Positions 29,421 through 37,856 of a stretch of 37,856 nt of DNA are shown in pieces. This stretch comes from an uncultured Alphaproteobacteria bacterium (GTDB lineage Bacteria; Pseudomonadota; Alphaproteobacteria; Rickettsiales; UBA1997): assembly GCA_903849835.1 (NCBI GenBank), contig CAINKA010000167.1, positions 1-37,856 of the forward strand, read 5' to 3'. The position numbers and the translations under genes were made by a program. How positions within the stretch are numbered: position 1 is the first letter of the stretch; each line of letters starts with the position of its first letter. The notes under the pieces were generated by a model. That model did not search any database, was not told the DNA's origin, and worked only from the letters and a program-made list of their open reading frames with translations.

Positions 29421-32400
29421 ATGGTTCAAGTTCGCAATTTTGATCAAGCTCTCTTAAGAAAAAGCTTCAGCAATAGCAAAGATAGGGAGGCAATTCCTCA
29501 TCTCATCTCTCTCCAAAAAGATTCTTACGAAAAATTTTTACAGGCCAATATCGCGTCAGAAAAACGTGAAAATGTCGGCATTCAGTCTGTCTTCAATTCA
29601 TTCTTTCCGCTCTCTGATTCAGCTGGTCGCGTGACCATTGAGTTTGTCAGTTATTCTCTTGGCGAATCAAAATACGAATCTTACGAATGCTTGTCAGCTG
29701 GAAGAACTTTTTCTGCTCCACTTCGAGCTCAGTTACGCTTGATCCTATGGCATCAAGAAGAAGGCAGTGAAGTTAAAGAAATCCGTTCAATCAAAGAACA
29801 AGAAGTTTATCTCTGCGAAATTCCTTTGATGACAGAAACCGGAAGCTTCATCGTCAACGGCGCGGAAAGAGTTATCGTTTCTCAAATGCGTCGCGCACCG
29901 GGAGTTTTCTTCGACAGCGAAAATGTAAAACTTTCTGGCTCTAAATCTTACACCGCAAAAATCATCCCTCACATCGGCTCATGGCTTGATTTCGAATTTG
30001 ACAGCAAAGACATCCTTCACTTCCGCGTTGATAAAAAAAGAAAAATCCCAGCTTCATCCTTGCTACGCGCAATTGGAATGACTGCGGAATCAATGATCAA
30101 AACATTCTACGGCTCTGCCGATGCCATCCTAACTAAAAAAGGCTGGGCATTAAAATTCGATGCCGAAGCTTTCAACGGGAAAAAATCTCCTTACAACTTA
30201 GTCTGTGCTGAAACCGGTCAAATAAAGGTTGAAGAGGGTGTAAAGCTTAATCGCAAAATTCTTGAGAAGCTGAAAGAAGAAAAATTCCAACATTACCTCC
30301 TCACTGAAGAAGTGTTGCTTGGCTATGTAGTCGCTCAAGATTTAATCGAGTCTGACACTGGAGAATTGCTGCTCGAAGCCGGCTCAATCGTTACCACAGA
30401 AAGTTTGGAAATTTTGCAAAAATTAAATTTCGAAACCATCGCCGTCGTAAATCCTAGCAAAGCGGACATCGGACCATACCTCTACAACACGATGCTCGTT
30501 GATAAAAACCCAACTCAAAAAGATGCTTTGTCCGACATTTACAAAGCAATCAGGCTTGGTGAGGCTCCGTCATCTTTCGAAGTTGCTAAAAATTATTTTG
30601 AAAATCTTTTTTTCTCCGATGCTCGCTACAACTTGTCCGATGTTGGCAGAATGAAAATGAATCACCGTTTAGGATTGGAAATTGACAAAGATCTTCTCTT
30701 CCTAACTCACAAAGACATCGAGCAAACGATCAAAATTCTTAGCCTGATCAAACATAATGATCTCAAAACTGACGACATCGACAACCTCGCAAACCGCCGT
30801 GTTCGCGCAGTTGGCGAATTGATCGAAAATCAACTTCGCATCGGAATGTCGCGCATCGAGAAATCGATCGTTGAAAAAATGAACTCGGTTGAAGTCGACA
30901 CGATCATGCCGCAAAGCTTGATCAATTCCAAACCGCTAATCACTGCGGTGAAAGATTTTTTCGCCACTTCGCAGCTTTCACAATTCATGGATCAAACCAA
31001 TCCACTTGCTGACATCACTCACAAGCGTCGCCTTTCCGCACTCGGACCAGGGGGCCTTACTCGTGAAAGAGCTGGCTTCGAAGTCCGCGACGTTCATCCA
31101 ACTCACTATGGCCGTATCTGTCCGATTGAAACTCCTGAAGGTCCGAATATCGGTTTGATCAACAGCTTGGCAACCTACGCCCGCGTCAATAATTACGGCT
31201 TCATCGAAACGCCTTACCGCAAAGTTGTTAACGGAAAAATTACCGACGAAGTAAAATATCTTTCCGCGATGGAAGAAGTTGACTTCGCTGTCGCGCCTTC
31301 AACCAACAATGTCGACGACAAGGGGAATATCAAAGCTGACTTGGTGAGCTGCCGTAAAAACGGTGAATTCGTCATGCTAACGCCAGACAAAATCGACTAT
31401 ATCGACGTCTCAACCAAACAAATCGTTTCGATCGCAACCACCTTGATTCCCTTCTTGGAAAATGACGATGCGAATCGCGCTTTGATGGGTTCTAACATGC
31501 AACGTCAAGCCGTGCCATTGCTTCGTCCAGATGCTCCGCTAATTGGAACTGGCATGGAAGCTGTGATCGCTGCAGACTCTGGTGCCGCAGTTCGCGCTAA
31601 AAAAGATGGAATCGTAAAATTTGTTGATGCTTCAAAAATCGTTGTCGAATCAATGGATGCAGGCATTCCACACATCGATGTTTATAACCTGTCGAAATAT
31701 GTCAGAACCAACCAAGACACTTGCATCAACCAAAGACCAACAATCGAAACTGGTCAAAAAGTAAAAGCTGGCCAAATTATTTCCGACGGACACAGCATTG
31801 CCAACGGTGAAATCGCTCTCGGAAAAAATGTTCGCGTCGCATTCATGCCTTGGAATGGCTACAATTTTGAAGACTCAATCATCATTTCCGAAAAACTTTT
31901 ATCCGACGACACCTTCACTTCAATCCACATCGAAGAGCTAGAAATCGTTGCTCGCGACACTCGCTTAGGGCCTGAAGAAATCACTCGCGACATTCCAAAT
32001 GTTAGCGAAGAAATTTTGGCCAAGCTCGACGAAGAAGGCATCATCCACATCGGCGCTGAAGTTCAGCCGGGAGATTTATTGGTTGGAAAAACTACTCCAA
32101 AAAGCGAGTCGCCAATGACTCCGGAAGAAAAATTATTGAAAGTAATTTTTGGTGAAAAAGCTTCTGACGTGAAGGATTCTTCGCTTTACGCCTCCACTGG
32201 AATCAGCGGGACTGTAGTCGATGTAAAAGTTTTCTCTCGCAAAGGTATCGAAAAAGATGAGCGCTCGATTTACATCGAAATGCAGCAAATCGAAGATTTA
32301 TCCAAACGTAAAAATCTAAAAATTTCTTTCTTGGAAAACTCTTTGAAAGACGCTTTGCTTGATATTTTCGACGGCAAAAAAATCACAAATAACGTCGATA

Positions 32401-33506
32401 AAATTAAAGCAAAATCAAAGCTTGAAGCCAAAGAACTAGCAGCTCTGTCAAAAAATCTTTTGGTAAAAATTGTTGTTGATGATTCCAAAACCATGGACAT
32501 GGCTGAAAAGCTCATCAAATCAAACAGCAAAAAAATTGCTGAGATCGAAAAAGAATTCAGCGACAAAGTTGCACGTATCAAGGCCGGAGACGAGTTAGGA
32601 CAAGGCGTATTAAAAATCGTAAAAGTTTACGTCGCTTCAAAATATCGTCTGCAACCAGGTGATAAAATGGCGGGACGTCACGGAAATAAAGGCGTCGTTT
32701 CAAAAATCGCTCCAATCGAAGACATGCCTTATTCATCAGATGGACAACCAGTCGACATCCTTTTGAACCCACTGGGCGTGCCTTCTCGTATGAATATCGG
32801 ACAAATTCTTGAAACTCATTTAGGCTTCGCTTCAAAAGAACTTGGAAAACAAATTGGTAAAATTTTGGATCAAGCTTCTGCGAAAAAAGCTGAATTCGTA
32901 AAACAGCTTCGTGATAAAATTTTGGCAATTTATTCGTCAGAAGATGAAGGCAAAAAAATCAAATCCATGTCTGACAATGATTTGATTTTATTCGCCTCAA
33001 CTCTCAAAGATGGAATACATTTTGCGACCGGAATTTTTGAAGGCGCAAAAGAAGAATATATCTCCAAACTCCTTGAAATTGCTGGGCTAGACACCTCTGG
33101 CCAAATTGAACTTTTTGACGGAAAAACCGGAGAAAAATTCGATCGCAAAATCACTGTCGGCTACATTTACATGCTGAAACTGCATCACTTGGTTGACGAT
33201 AAAATCCACGCTCGTTCGATCGGACCTTACAGTCTCATCACTCAACAACCTCTCGGTGGTAAGTCACATTTCGGTGGTCAACGTTTTGGTGAAATGGAAT
33301 GTTGGGCACTTCAAGCCTACGGCGCGGCTTATTCTCTACAAGAAATGCTCACCGTCAAATCAGACGATGTGGTTGGTAGAATTAAAATTTACGAATCCAT
33401 CATCCAAGGAAACCAAAATTTCAATTGCGGCATCCCTGAATCTTTCAACGTGATGATCAAGGAAGTTCGCTCTTTGGGTCTGAATATCGAATTGGTAGAA
33501 AAATAA
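29421..33506 (+). CDS. rpoB: DNA-directed RNA polymerase subunit beta
   Basis: 1361 aa. Motifs: FMDQTNPL...[14 protein letters not shown] (rifampicin region), [15 protein letters not shown], and FGEMECWAL. The SD-like aaaagggg precedes the ATG. Confidence 0.98.
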   Translation: MVQVRNFDQALLRKSFSNSKDREAIPHLISLQKDSYEKFLQANIASEKRENVGIQSVFNSFFPLSDSAGRVTIEFVSYSLGESKYESYECLSAGRTFSAPLRAQLRLILWHQEEGSEVKEIRSIKEQEVYLCEIPLMTETGSFIVNGAERVIVSQMRRAPGVFFDSENVKLSGSKSYTAKIIPHIGSWLDFEFDSKDILHFRVDKKRKIPASSLLRAIGMTAESMIKTFYGSADAILTKKGWALKFDAEAFNGKKSPYNLVCAETGQIKVEEGVKLNRKILEKLKEEKFQHYLLTEEVLLGYVVAQDLIESDTGELLLEAGSIVTTESLEILQKLNFETIAVVNPSKADIGPYLYNTMLVDKNPTQKDALSDIYKAIRLGEAPSSFEVAKNYFENLFFSDARYNLSDVGRMKMNHRLGLEIDKDLLFLTHKDIEQTIKILSLIKHNDLKTDDIDNLANRRVRAVGELIENQLRIGMSRIEKSIVEKMNSVEVDTIMPQSLINSKPLITAVKDFFATSQLSQFMDQTNPLADITHKRRLSALGPGGLTRERAGFEVRDVHPTHYGRICPIETPEGPNIGLINSLATYARVNNYGFIETPYRKVVNGKITDEVKYLSAMEEVDFAVAPSTNNVDDKGNIKADLVSCRKNGEFVMLTPDKIDYIDVSTKQIVSIATTLIPFLENDDANRALMGSNMQRQAVPLLRPDAPLIGTGMEAVIAADSGAAVRAKKDGIVKFVDASKIVVESMDAGIPHIDVYNLSKYVRTNQDTCINQRPTIETGQKVKAGQIISDGHSIANGEIALGKNVRVAFMPWNGYNFEDSIIISEKLLSDDTFTSIHIEELEIVARDTRLGPEEITRDIPNVSEEILAKLDEEGIIHIGAEVQPGDLLVGKTTPKSESPMTPEEKLLKVIFGEKASDVKDSSLYASTGISGTVVDVKVFSRKGIEKDERSIYIEMQQIEDLSKRKNLKISFLENSLKDALLDIFDGKKITNNVDKIKAKSKLEAKELAALSKNLLVKIVVDDSKTMDMAEKLIKSNSKKIAEIEKEFSDKVARIKAGDELGQGVLKIVKVYVASKYRLQPGDKMAGRHGNKGVVSKIAPIEDMPYSSDGQPVDILLNPLGVPSRMNIGQILETHLGFASKELGKQIGKILDQASAKKAEFVKQLRDKILAIYSSEDEGKKIKSMSDNDLILFASTLKDGIHFATGIFEGAKEEYISKLLEIAGLDTSGQIELFDGKTGEKFDRKITVGYIYMLKLHHLVDDKIHARSIGPYSLITQQPLGGKSHFGGQRFGEMECWALQAYGAAYSLQEMLTVKSDDVVGRIKIYESIIQGNQNFNCGIPESFNVMIKEVRSLGLNIELVEK

Positions 33507-33513
33507 ATTCCCT

Positions 33514-33566
33514 TGTAGGGGCGGGTCTCGTACCCGCCCGCGGATGGCCACAAAGGCCACCCCTAC
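33514..33566. repeat. Family-B GC-rich element, complete copy
   Basis: TGTAGGGG (33514..33521) ... CCCCTAC (33560..33566). Internal hairpins are gggcgggt/acccgccc and tggcc/ggcca. It lies in the rpoB-rpoC spacer. Confidence 0.85.
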
Positions 33567-33597
33567 GATTTTGAAAATAATCAAAAATCAGAAAAAC

Positions 33598-36500
33598 ATG
33601 TCACTCGCAGGAACTTCCTCCCACGGCCTTCTAAGTCTAACTGCAAATAGCGCAGTTGATCTTCTGGACTTTAACGCCATCAAAATTTCAATCGCAGATC
33701 CAGATAAAATCAGATCTTGGTCTTTCGGCGAAGTCACCAAGCCAGAAACCATCAACTACCGCACCTTCAAACCAGAAAGAGACGGATTATTTTGCGCCAG
33801 AATTTTTGGCCCGATCAAAGATTACGAATGTCTCTGCGGCAAATATAAGCGCATCAAATACAAAGGAATCGTCTGCGAAAAATGCGGAGTTGAAGTCACG
33901 TCTTCCAAAGTCCGCCGCGAAAGAATGGGGCATATTGAGCTCGCCGCTCCAATCACGCACATCTGGTTTTTAAAATCTCTCCCATCGCGCATCAGCACCA
34001 TGCTCGGCACCACTTTGAAAGCGATTGAAAAAGTTATTTATTTCGAAGCTTACATCGTCACCGATGGCCTAATGTCGCCACTAAAAGAAGGAGAAATTCT
34101 TTCGGAAGATGAATATGACAAACTCCAAAGCGAGCATGGCTATGGCAGCTTCGTCGCAGAAATGGGAGCTGAAGCTGTTCAAAAACTTTTACAAAAACTC
34201 GACCTCAAAAAAGCACAAAAAGATCTTCGCGAAGACCTCAAAACTCTGACTTCCGAAATCAAAAAAGAAAAAGCGATCAAAAGATTAAAGCTCGTTGAAC
34301 AATTCATCGATTCGGAAATCAACAAGCCTGAACACATGGTGATGACGGTTCTGCCTGTTATCCCGCCTGATATCCGCCCGCTAGTCATGCTTGATGGCGG
34401 ACGTTTCGCCACTTCAGATTTAAACGAACTTTATCGCCGCGTAATCAATCGTAATAATCGTTTGAAGCGTTTGATGGAATTAGGCGCGCCAGAAATCATC
34501 ATCAAAAACGAAAAAAGAATGTTGCAAGAGTCAGTGGACGCCTTGCTCGACAATGGTCGCTCCGGCGCTGTCGTAAAAAATTCCAACAAAAAACCGTTCA
34601 AATCTTTGAGCGACATGTTGAAAGGAAAGCAAGGTCGCTTCCGTCAAAACTTGCTCGGAAAACGCGTCGATTATTCCGGCCGTTCTGTAATCGTCGTTGG
34701 CCCTGAACTCAAGCTTCACCAATGCGGTTTGCCGAAAAAAATGGCTTTGGAATTATTCAAACCTTTCATTTATTCGAAGCTCGAACTTTACGGAAAATCC
34801 CCTTCGATCAAAGTTTCAAAAAAATTAGTTGAAGCTGAAAGACCAGAAGTTTGGGATATTTTGGATGAAGTCATCAAAGAGCATCCCGTCCTTCTAAATC
34901 GCGCTCCAACGCTTCACAGACTTGGCATCCAAGCTTTTGAGCCAGTTCTAACCGAAGGAAAAGCAATCCAACTTCACCCCCTCGTCTGCGCCGCTTTCAA
35001 CGCCGACTTTGACGGTGACCAAATGGCGGTTCACGTTCCGCTTTCAATCGAAGCTCAAGTTGAAACTCGTGCTTTGATGATGTCGACCAACAACATTCTC
35101 AGCCCCGCTAACGGCAAGCCGATCATCGTTCCGTCGCAAGATATCGTCCTCGGGCTTTACTACATGACGATGGAAAATAAAGACTATGCCAAAGTCAAAG
35201 CTCGTCCAATCGCAGATGATTACGAATTGCATCACGCCACCAACAGCAAGGTCATAACTTTACACGATAAAATTCTTTACCGCTTCACGATCAAAAATAG
35301 CGACGGGGAAAGATCGTTCCAAAAAGTTGAAACAACAGCAGGAAGAGTATTGCTCTACAACATACTGCCTAGCGCTATGAAGAGTGATTTTGAAATCGTA
35401 AATAAAGCGATGACGAAAAAAGCTGTGACCAACTTGATTGACACGGTTTATCGTAATTGCGGACAAAAAGAAACCGTGATGTTCTGCGATCGCGTCATGA
35501 CTCTCGGATTTAAAAATGCTGGTCGCGCCGGAATTTCAATCGGCAAAGACGACATGATCATCCCGCAAGGAAAACAAAAACACATTTCCGAATCATTCGA
35601 CAAAGTTAAAAAATTAGAAAAGCAATATCGCGAAGGCTTGATCACTGCAGGCGAACGCTACAACAAAGTCGTCGATGAATGGACGAATTGCACCGGAAAA
35701 ATTTCTCGCGAGATGATGAGCGCGATCTCTACCTTCTCAACTCCAGCAGAAGCCAATTCGATTTTCATGATGGCCGATTCTGGCGCCAGAGGTTCTGAAA
35801 ACCAAATCAAGCAAGTCGCTGGTATGCGTGGTTTGATGGCGAAACCGTCCGGTGAAATTATCGAAACTCCAATCACTTCCAACTTCAAAGAGGGCTTGAG
35901 TGTTTTGGAATATTTCATTTCCGCTCACGGTGCTCGTAAAGGTTTGGCCGATACAGCCTTGAAAACAGCGAACTCCGGCTATTTAACCAGAAGATTGGTC
36001 GACGTTTCTCAAGATTGCATCGTCATCGAAGAAGATTGCGGAACAACAGAAGGCATAATTCTTGAGCCAATCGTTGATGATGGCCGTACCATCGCTCCAC
36101 TTTCTGAACAAGTTTTGGGACGTGTTCCGCTTACAGACGTAAAATCTCTCGATGGTAAAAAAATTATCGTAAAAGCCGGAACCATGATCGACGAAGCCTT
36201 GTCTGATGCAGTTGAAAGATCTGGAGTCAAAACCATCAATTCTCGCTCAGTCCTAACTTGCAAAACTCACGAGGGCGTTTGCGTAAAATGCTACGGACGC
36301 GACCTTGCTACGGGTAACATCGTCAGCATCGGAGAAGCAGTTGGCGTCGTCGCAGCTCAATCGATCGGTGAACCGGGAACGCAGTTAACGATGAGAACTT
36401 TCCACATTGGTGGTGCGGCTCAAAGAGGAACTGAACAATCTTCAATTTCCGCAATTTCTGACGGTAAAGTTAGAATTTCTGACAAAGGAACTCTGATTGA

Positions 36501-37740
36501 TCGCGATGGAAAAATCGTCGTCGTCAGCAGAAATTCTGAAATTACTTTGGTCGATAAGGATCAAAAAGAAATTCACAGCTACAAGCTTCCATACGGTTCC
36601 GTAATTACGCACAAGCACGGCTCTGAAGTGAAAAAAGGTGATCACCTAGCTGAGTGGGATCCTTACAACATTCCAGTCGTCGCTGAAACGAATGGCGTCA
36701 TCCGTTACAACGACCTCGCAGAAAATGTTTCTCTCCGCGAAAAAATTGAAGAGTCGACAGGCGTTTCAACCAAGATAGTCATGGATTGGAAGCAATATAG
36801 CAAACAAGAGCTCAAGCCAAGACTTTCCATCATGGTCGGAAAAGACACTGCGGCGAAAGAATATGCTCTCTCGATCCACACCGTAATCGGCGTTTCAAAC
36901 GGCGATGAAGTTAAAGCGGGAGACGTCATCGCAAGAATTCCAAAAGAATCTTCAAAAACTCGCGACATCACAGGCGGTCTTCCTCGCGTTGCAGAATTAT
37001 TCGAAGCACGCAAACCGAAGAATGCCGCGGTTATGAGCGATATCGATGGAAGAATAGAATTTGGAAAAGATTACAAAACTAAACGCCGAATTCTCGTTCG
37101 CTCCGAAGATGCCTCAAAAGAACCGGTCGAATATAGCATCTCAAAAACCAAGCACTTATTCGTTGGAGAAGGCGACTTCGTAAAAAAAGGAGACGTGTTG
37201 GTTGACGGAAATCTTGTGCCTCACGACATCCTGCGCATCAACGGAATGCAAGCCTTCACCAACTACATGGTGAATGAAGTTCAAAAAGTTTATCGCATGC
37301 AAGGCGTGAAAATTGACGACAAACATATCGAAGTAATTTTGAACATGATGTTGAAACGCGTTGAGGTTGTTCACTCTGGCGACACAACGCTTCTCGCTGG
37401 CGAATATGTCGATCGTGACGTGTTCGAAGAAATCAACGAGAAGATGATTTCTAAAAAAATGAAACCGGCGCAATCCTCTCCAGTATTGCTCGGAATCACC
37501 AAAGCATCTCTTCAAACCAAGTCATTTATTTCCGCCGCATCATTCCAAGAAACAACGCGCGTTCTTACTGACTCAGCGGTTCAAGGTAAATTCGATAACT
37601 TGAAAGGCCTAAAAGAAAATATCATCGTCGGTCGCTTGATCCCTGCCGGAACTGGATTATTGGCCGCAAGATATCGCAAAATCGCCAATCAGGAAAAGCG
37701 TGTCGAAGAAGCAGCGGCGGAAAAAGTCGCAGCTGAATAA
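33598..37740 (+). CDS. rpoC: DNA-directed RNA polymerase subunit beta'
   Basis: [48 protein letters not shown], the zinc motif [20 protein letters not shown], and the catalytic [10 protein letters not shown] chose the ATG at 33598 because the track start at 33544 lies inside the Family-B repeat. Confidence 0.97.
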   Translation: MSLAGTSSHGLLSLTANSAVDLLDFNAIKISIADPDKIRSWSFGEVTKPETINYRTFKPERDGLFCARIFGPIKDYECLCGKYKRIKYKGIVCEKCGVEVTSSKVRRERMGHIELAAPITHIWFLKSLPSRISTMLGTTLKAIEKVIYFEAYIVTDGLMSPLKEGEILSEDEYDKLQSEHGYGSFVAEMGAEAVQKLLQKLDLKKAQKDLREDLKTLTSEIKKEKAIKRLKLVEQFIDSEINKPEHMVMTVLPVIPPDIRPLVMLDGGRFATSDLNELYRRVINRNNRLKRLMELGAPEIIIKNEKRMLQESVDALLDNGRSGAVVKNSNKKPFKSLSDMLKGKQGRFRQNLLGKRVDYSGRSVIVVGPELKLHQCGLPKKMALELFKPFIYSKLELYGKSPSIKVSKKLVEAERPEVWDILDEVIKEHPVLLNRAPTLHRLGIQAFEPVLTEGKAIQLHPLVCAAFNADFDGDQMAVHVPLSIEAQVETRALMMSTNNILSPANGKPIIVPSQDIVLGLYYMTMENKDYAKVKARPIADDYELHHATNSKVITLHDKILYRFTIKNSDGERSFQKVETTAGRVLLYNILPSAMKSDFEIVNKAMTKKAVTNLIDTVYRNCGQKETVMFCDRVMTLGFKNAGRAGISIGKDDMIIPQGKQKHISESFDKVKKLEKQYREGLITAGERYNKVVDEWTNCTGKISREMMSAISTFSTPAEANSIFMMADSGARGSENQIKQVAGMRGLMAKPSGEIIETPITSNFKEGLSVLEYFISAHGARKGLADTALKTANSGYLTRRLVDVSQDCIVIEEDCGTTEGIILEPIVDDGRTIAPLSEQVLGRVPLTDVKSLDGKKIIVKAGTMIDEALSDAVERSGVKTINSRSVLTCKTHEGVCVKCYGRDLATGNIVSIGEAVGVVAAQSIGEPGTQLTMRTFHIGGAAQRGTEQSSISAISDGKVRISDKGTLIDRDGKIVVVSRNSEITLVDKDQKEIHSYKLPYGSVITHKHGSEVKKGDHLAEWDPYNIPVVAETNGVIRYNDLAENVSLREKIEESTGVSTKIVMDWKQYSKQELKPRLSIMVGKDTAAKEYALSIHTVIGVSNGDEVKAGDVIARIPKESSKTRDITGGLPRVAELFEARKPKNAAVMSDIDGRIEFGKDYKTKRRILVRSEDASKEPVEYSISKTKHLFVGEGDFVKKGDVLVDGNLVPHDILRINGMQAFTNYMVNEVQKVYRMQGVKIDDKHIEVILNMMLKRVEVVHSGDTTLLAGEYVDRDVFEEINEKMISKKMKPAQSSPVLLGITKASLQTKSFISAASFQETTRVLTDSAVQGKFDNLKGLKENIIVGRLIPAGTGLLAARYRKIANQEKRVEEAAAEKVAAE

Positions 37741-37755
37741 TCGCTTAAATAAAAA

Positions 37756-37791
37756 ATGGCGGCTCCAAAAAATGGAGCCGCCATTTTTTTT
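37756..37791 (+). terminator. Rho-independent terminator after rpoC
   Basis: Perfect 11-bp GC-rich stem atggcggctcc / ggagccgccat with a 7-nt loop, followed by a T-run and preceded by an A-run. Confidence 0.9.
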
Positions 37792-37817
37792 GGTAATTAT
37801 TTCGCGATAAATACCCA

Positions 37818-37856
37818 ATGTCATGCTGAGCTTGTCGAAGCATGATTCAAGCCACA
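37818..37856. repeat. Family-A palindromic element, left arm and start of loop (window ends inside the element)
   Basis: atGTCATGCTGAGCTTGTCGAAGCATGAttcaagccaca. Positions 37818..37848 are the exact reverse complement of 1..31. Confidence 0.85.

Overview
This is an AT-rich bacterial chromosomal segment made almost entirely of core housekeeping genes. NuoG is of the mitochondrial/alphaproteobacterial type, a DUF1640/CCDC90-like protein is present, and canonical operons are heavily scrambled. Together these point to an alphaproteobacterium, possibly a Rickettsiales- or Holosporales-like lineage, but that placement is inference only.

I support 29 intact CDSs: nuoG, rpsP, rdgB, dnaJ, rlmN, a Bro-N/DinD-like gene, rph, typA, a Fic gene, panB, an AsmA-family gene, a short RodZ-like gene, murG, argF, a PolB-like 3'-5' exonuclease, qor, lolC/E, a TrxR-type ferredoxin-NADP reductase, a DUF1640 gene, metE, tuf, secE (missing from the ORF track), nusG, rplK, rplA, rplJ, rplL, rpoB and rpoC. 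I also support one tRNA-Trp(CCA), three clear hairpin terminators or attenuators, and one probable decayed gene remnant. CDS coordinates include the stop codon.

I found no convincing new multi-gene system. There is no CRISPR array, defence island, secretion system, biosynthetic cluster, integrase or transposase. What the gene list does not explain is mostly non-coding:
- Two unrelated families of intergenic palindromic elements. Family A is a long-stem hairpin (GTCATGCTGAGCTTGTCGAAGCATGA arms) with 4 copies. Family B is GC-rich with TGTAGGGG...CCCCTAC ends and has 3 copies plus fragments.
- The window begins and ends in perfectly complementary arms of a Family-A element.
- A promoter architecture, TTGnnn-N16-TAnnTT followed by a GC-only block (GCCGCGC-like), recurs at five transcription-unit starts.
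- Two isolated accessory-type genes (Fic and Bro-N/DinD-like) are embedded in housekeeping gene strings.
- There is a (CGTAAGT)x4 tandem repeat next to tRNA-Trp with a related motif at the dnaJ start, a 24-codon lipobox-containing micro-ORF, and a remnant resembling aat upstream of tuf.

All homology calls come from motif recognition by eye. No searches were run.
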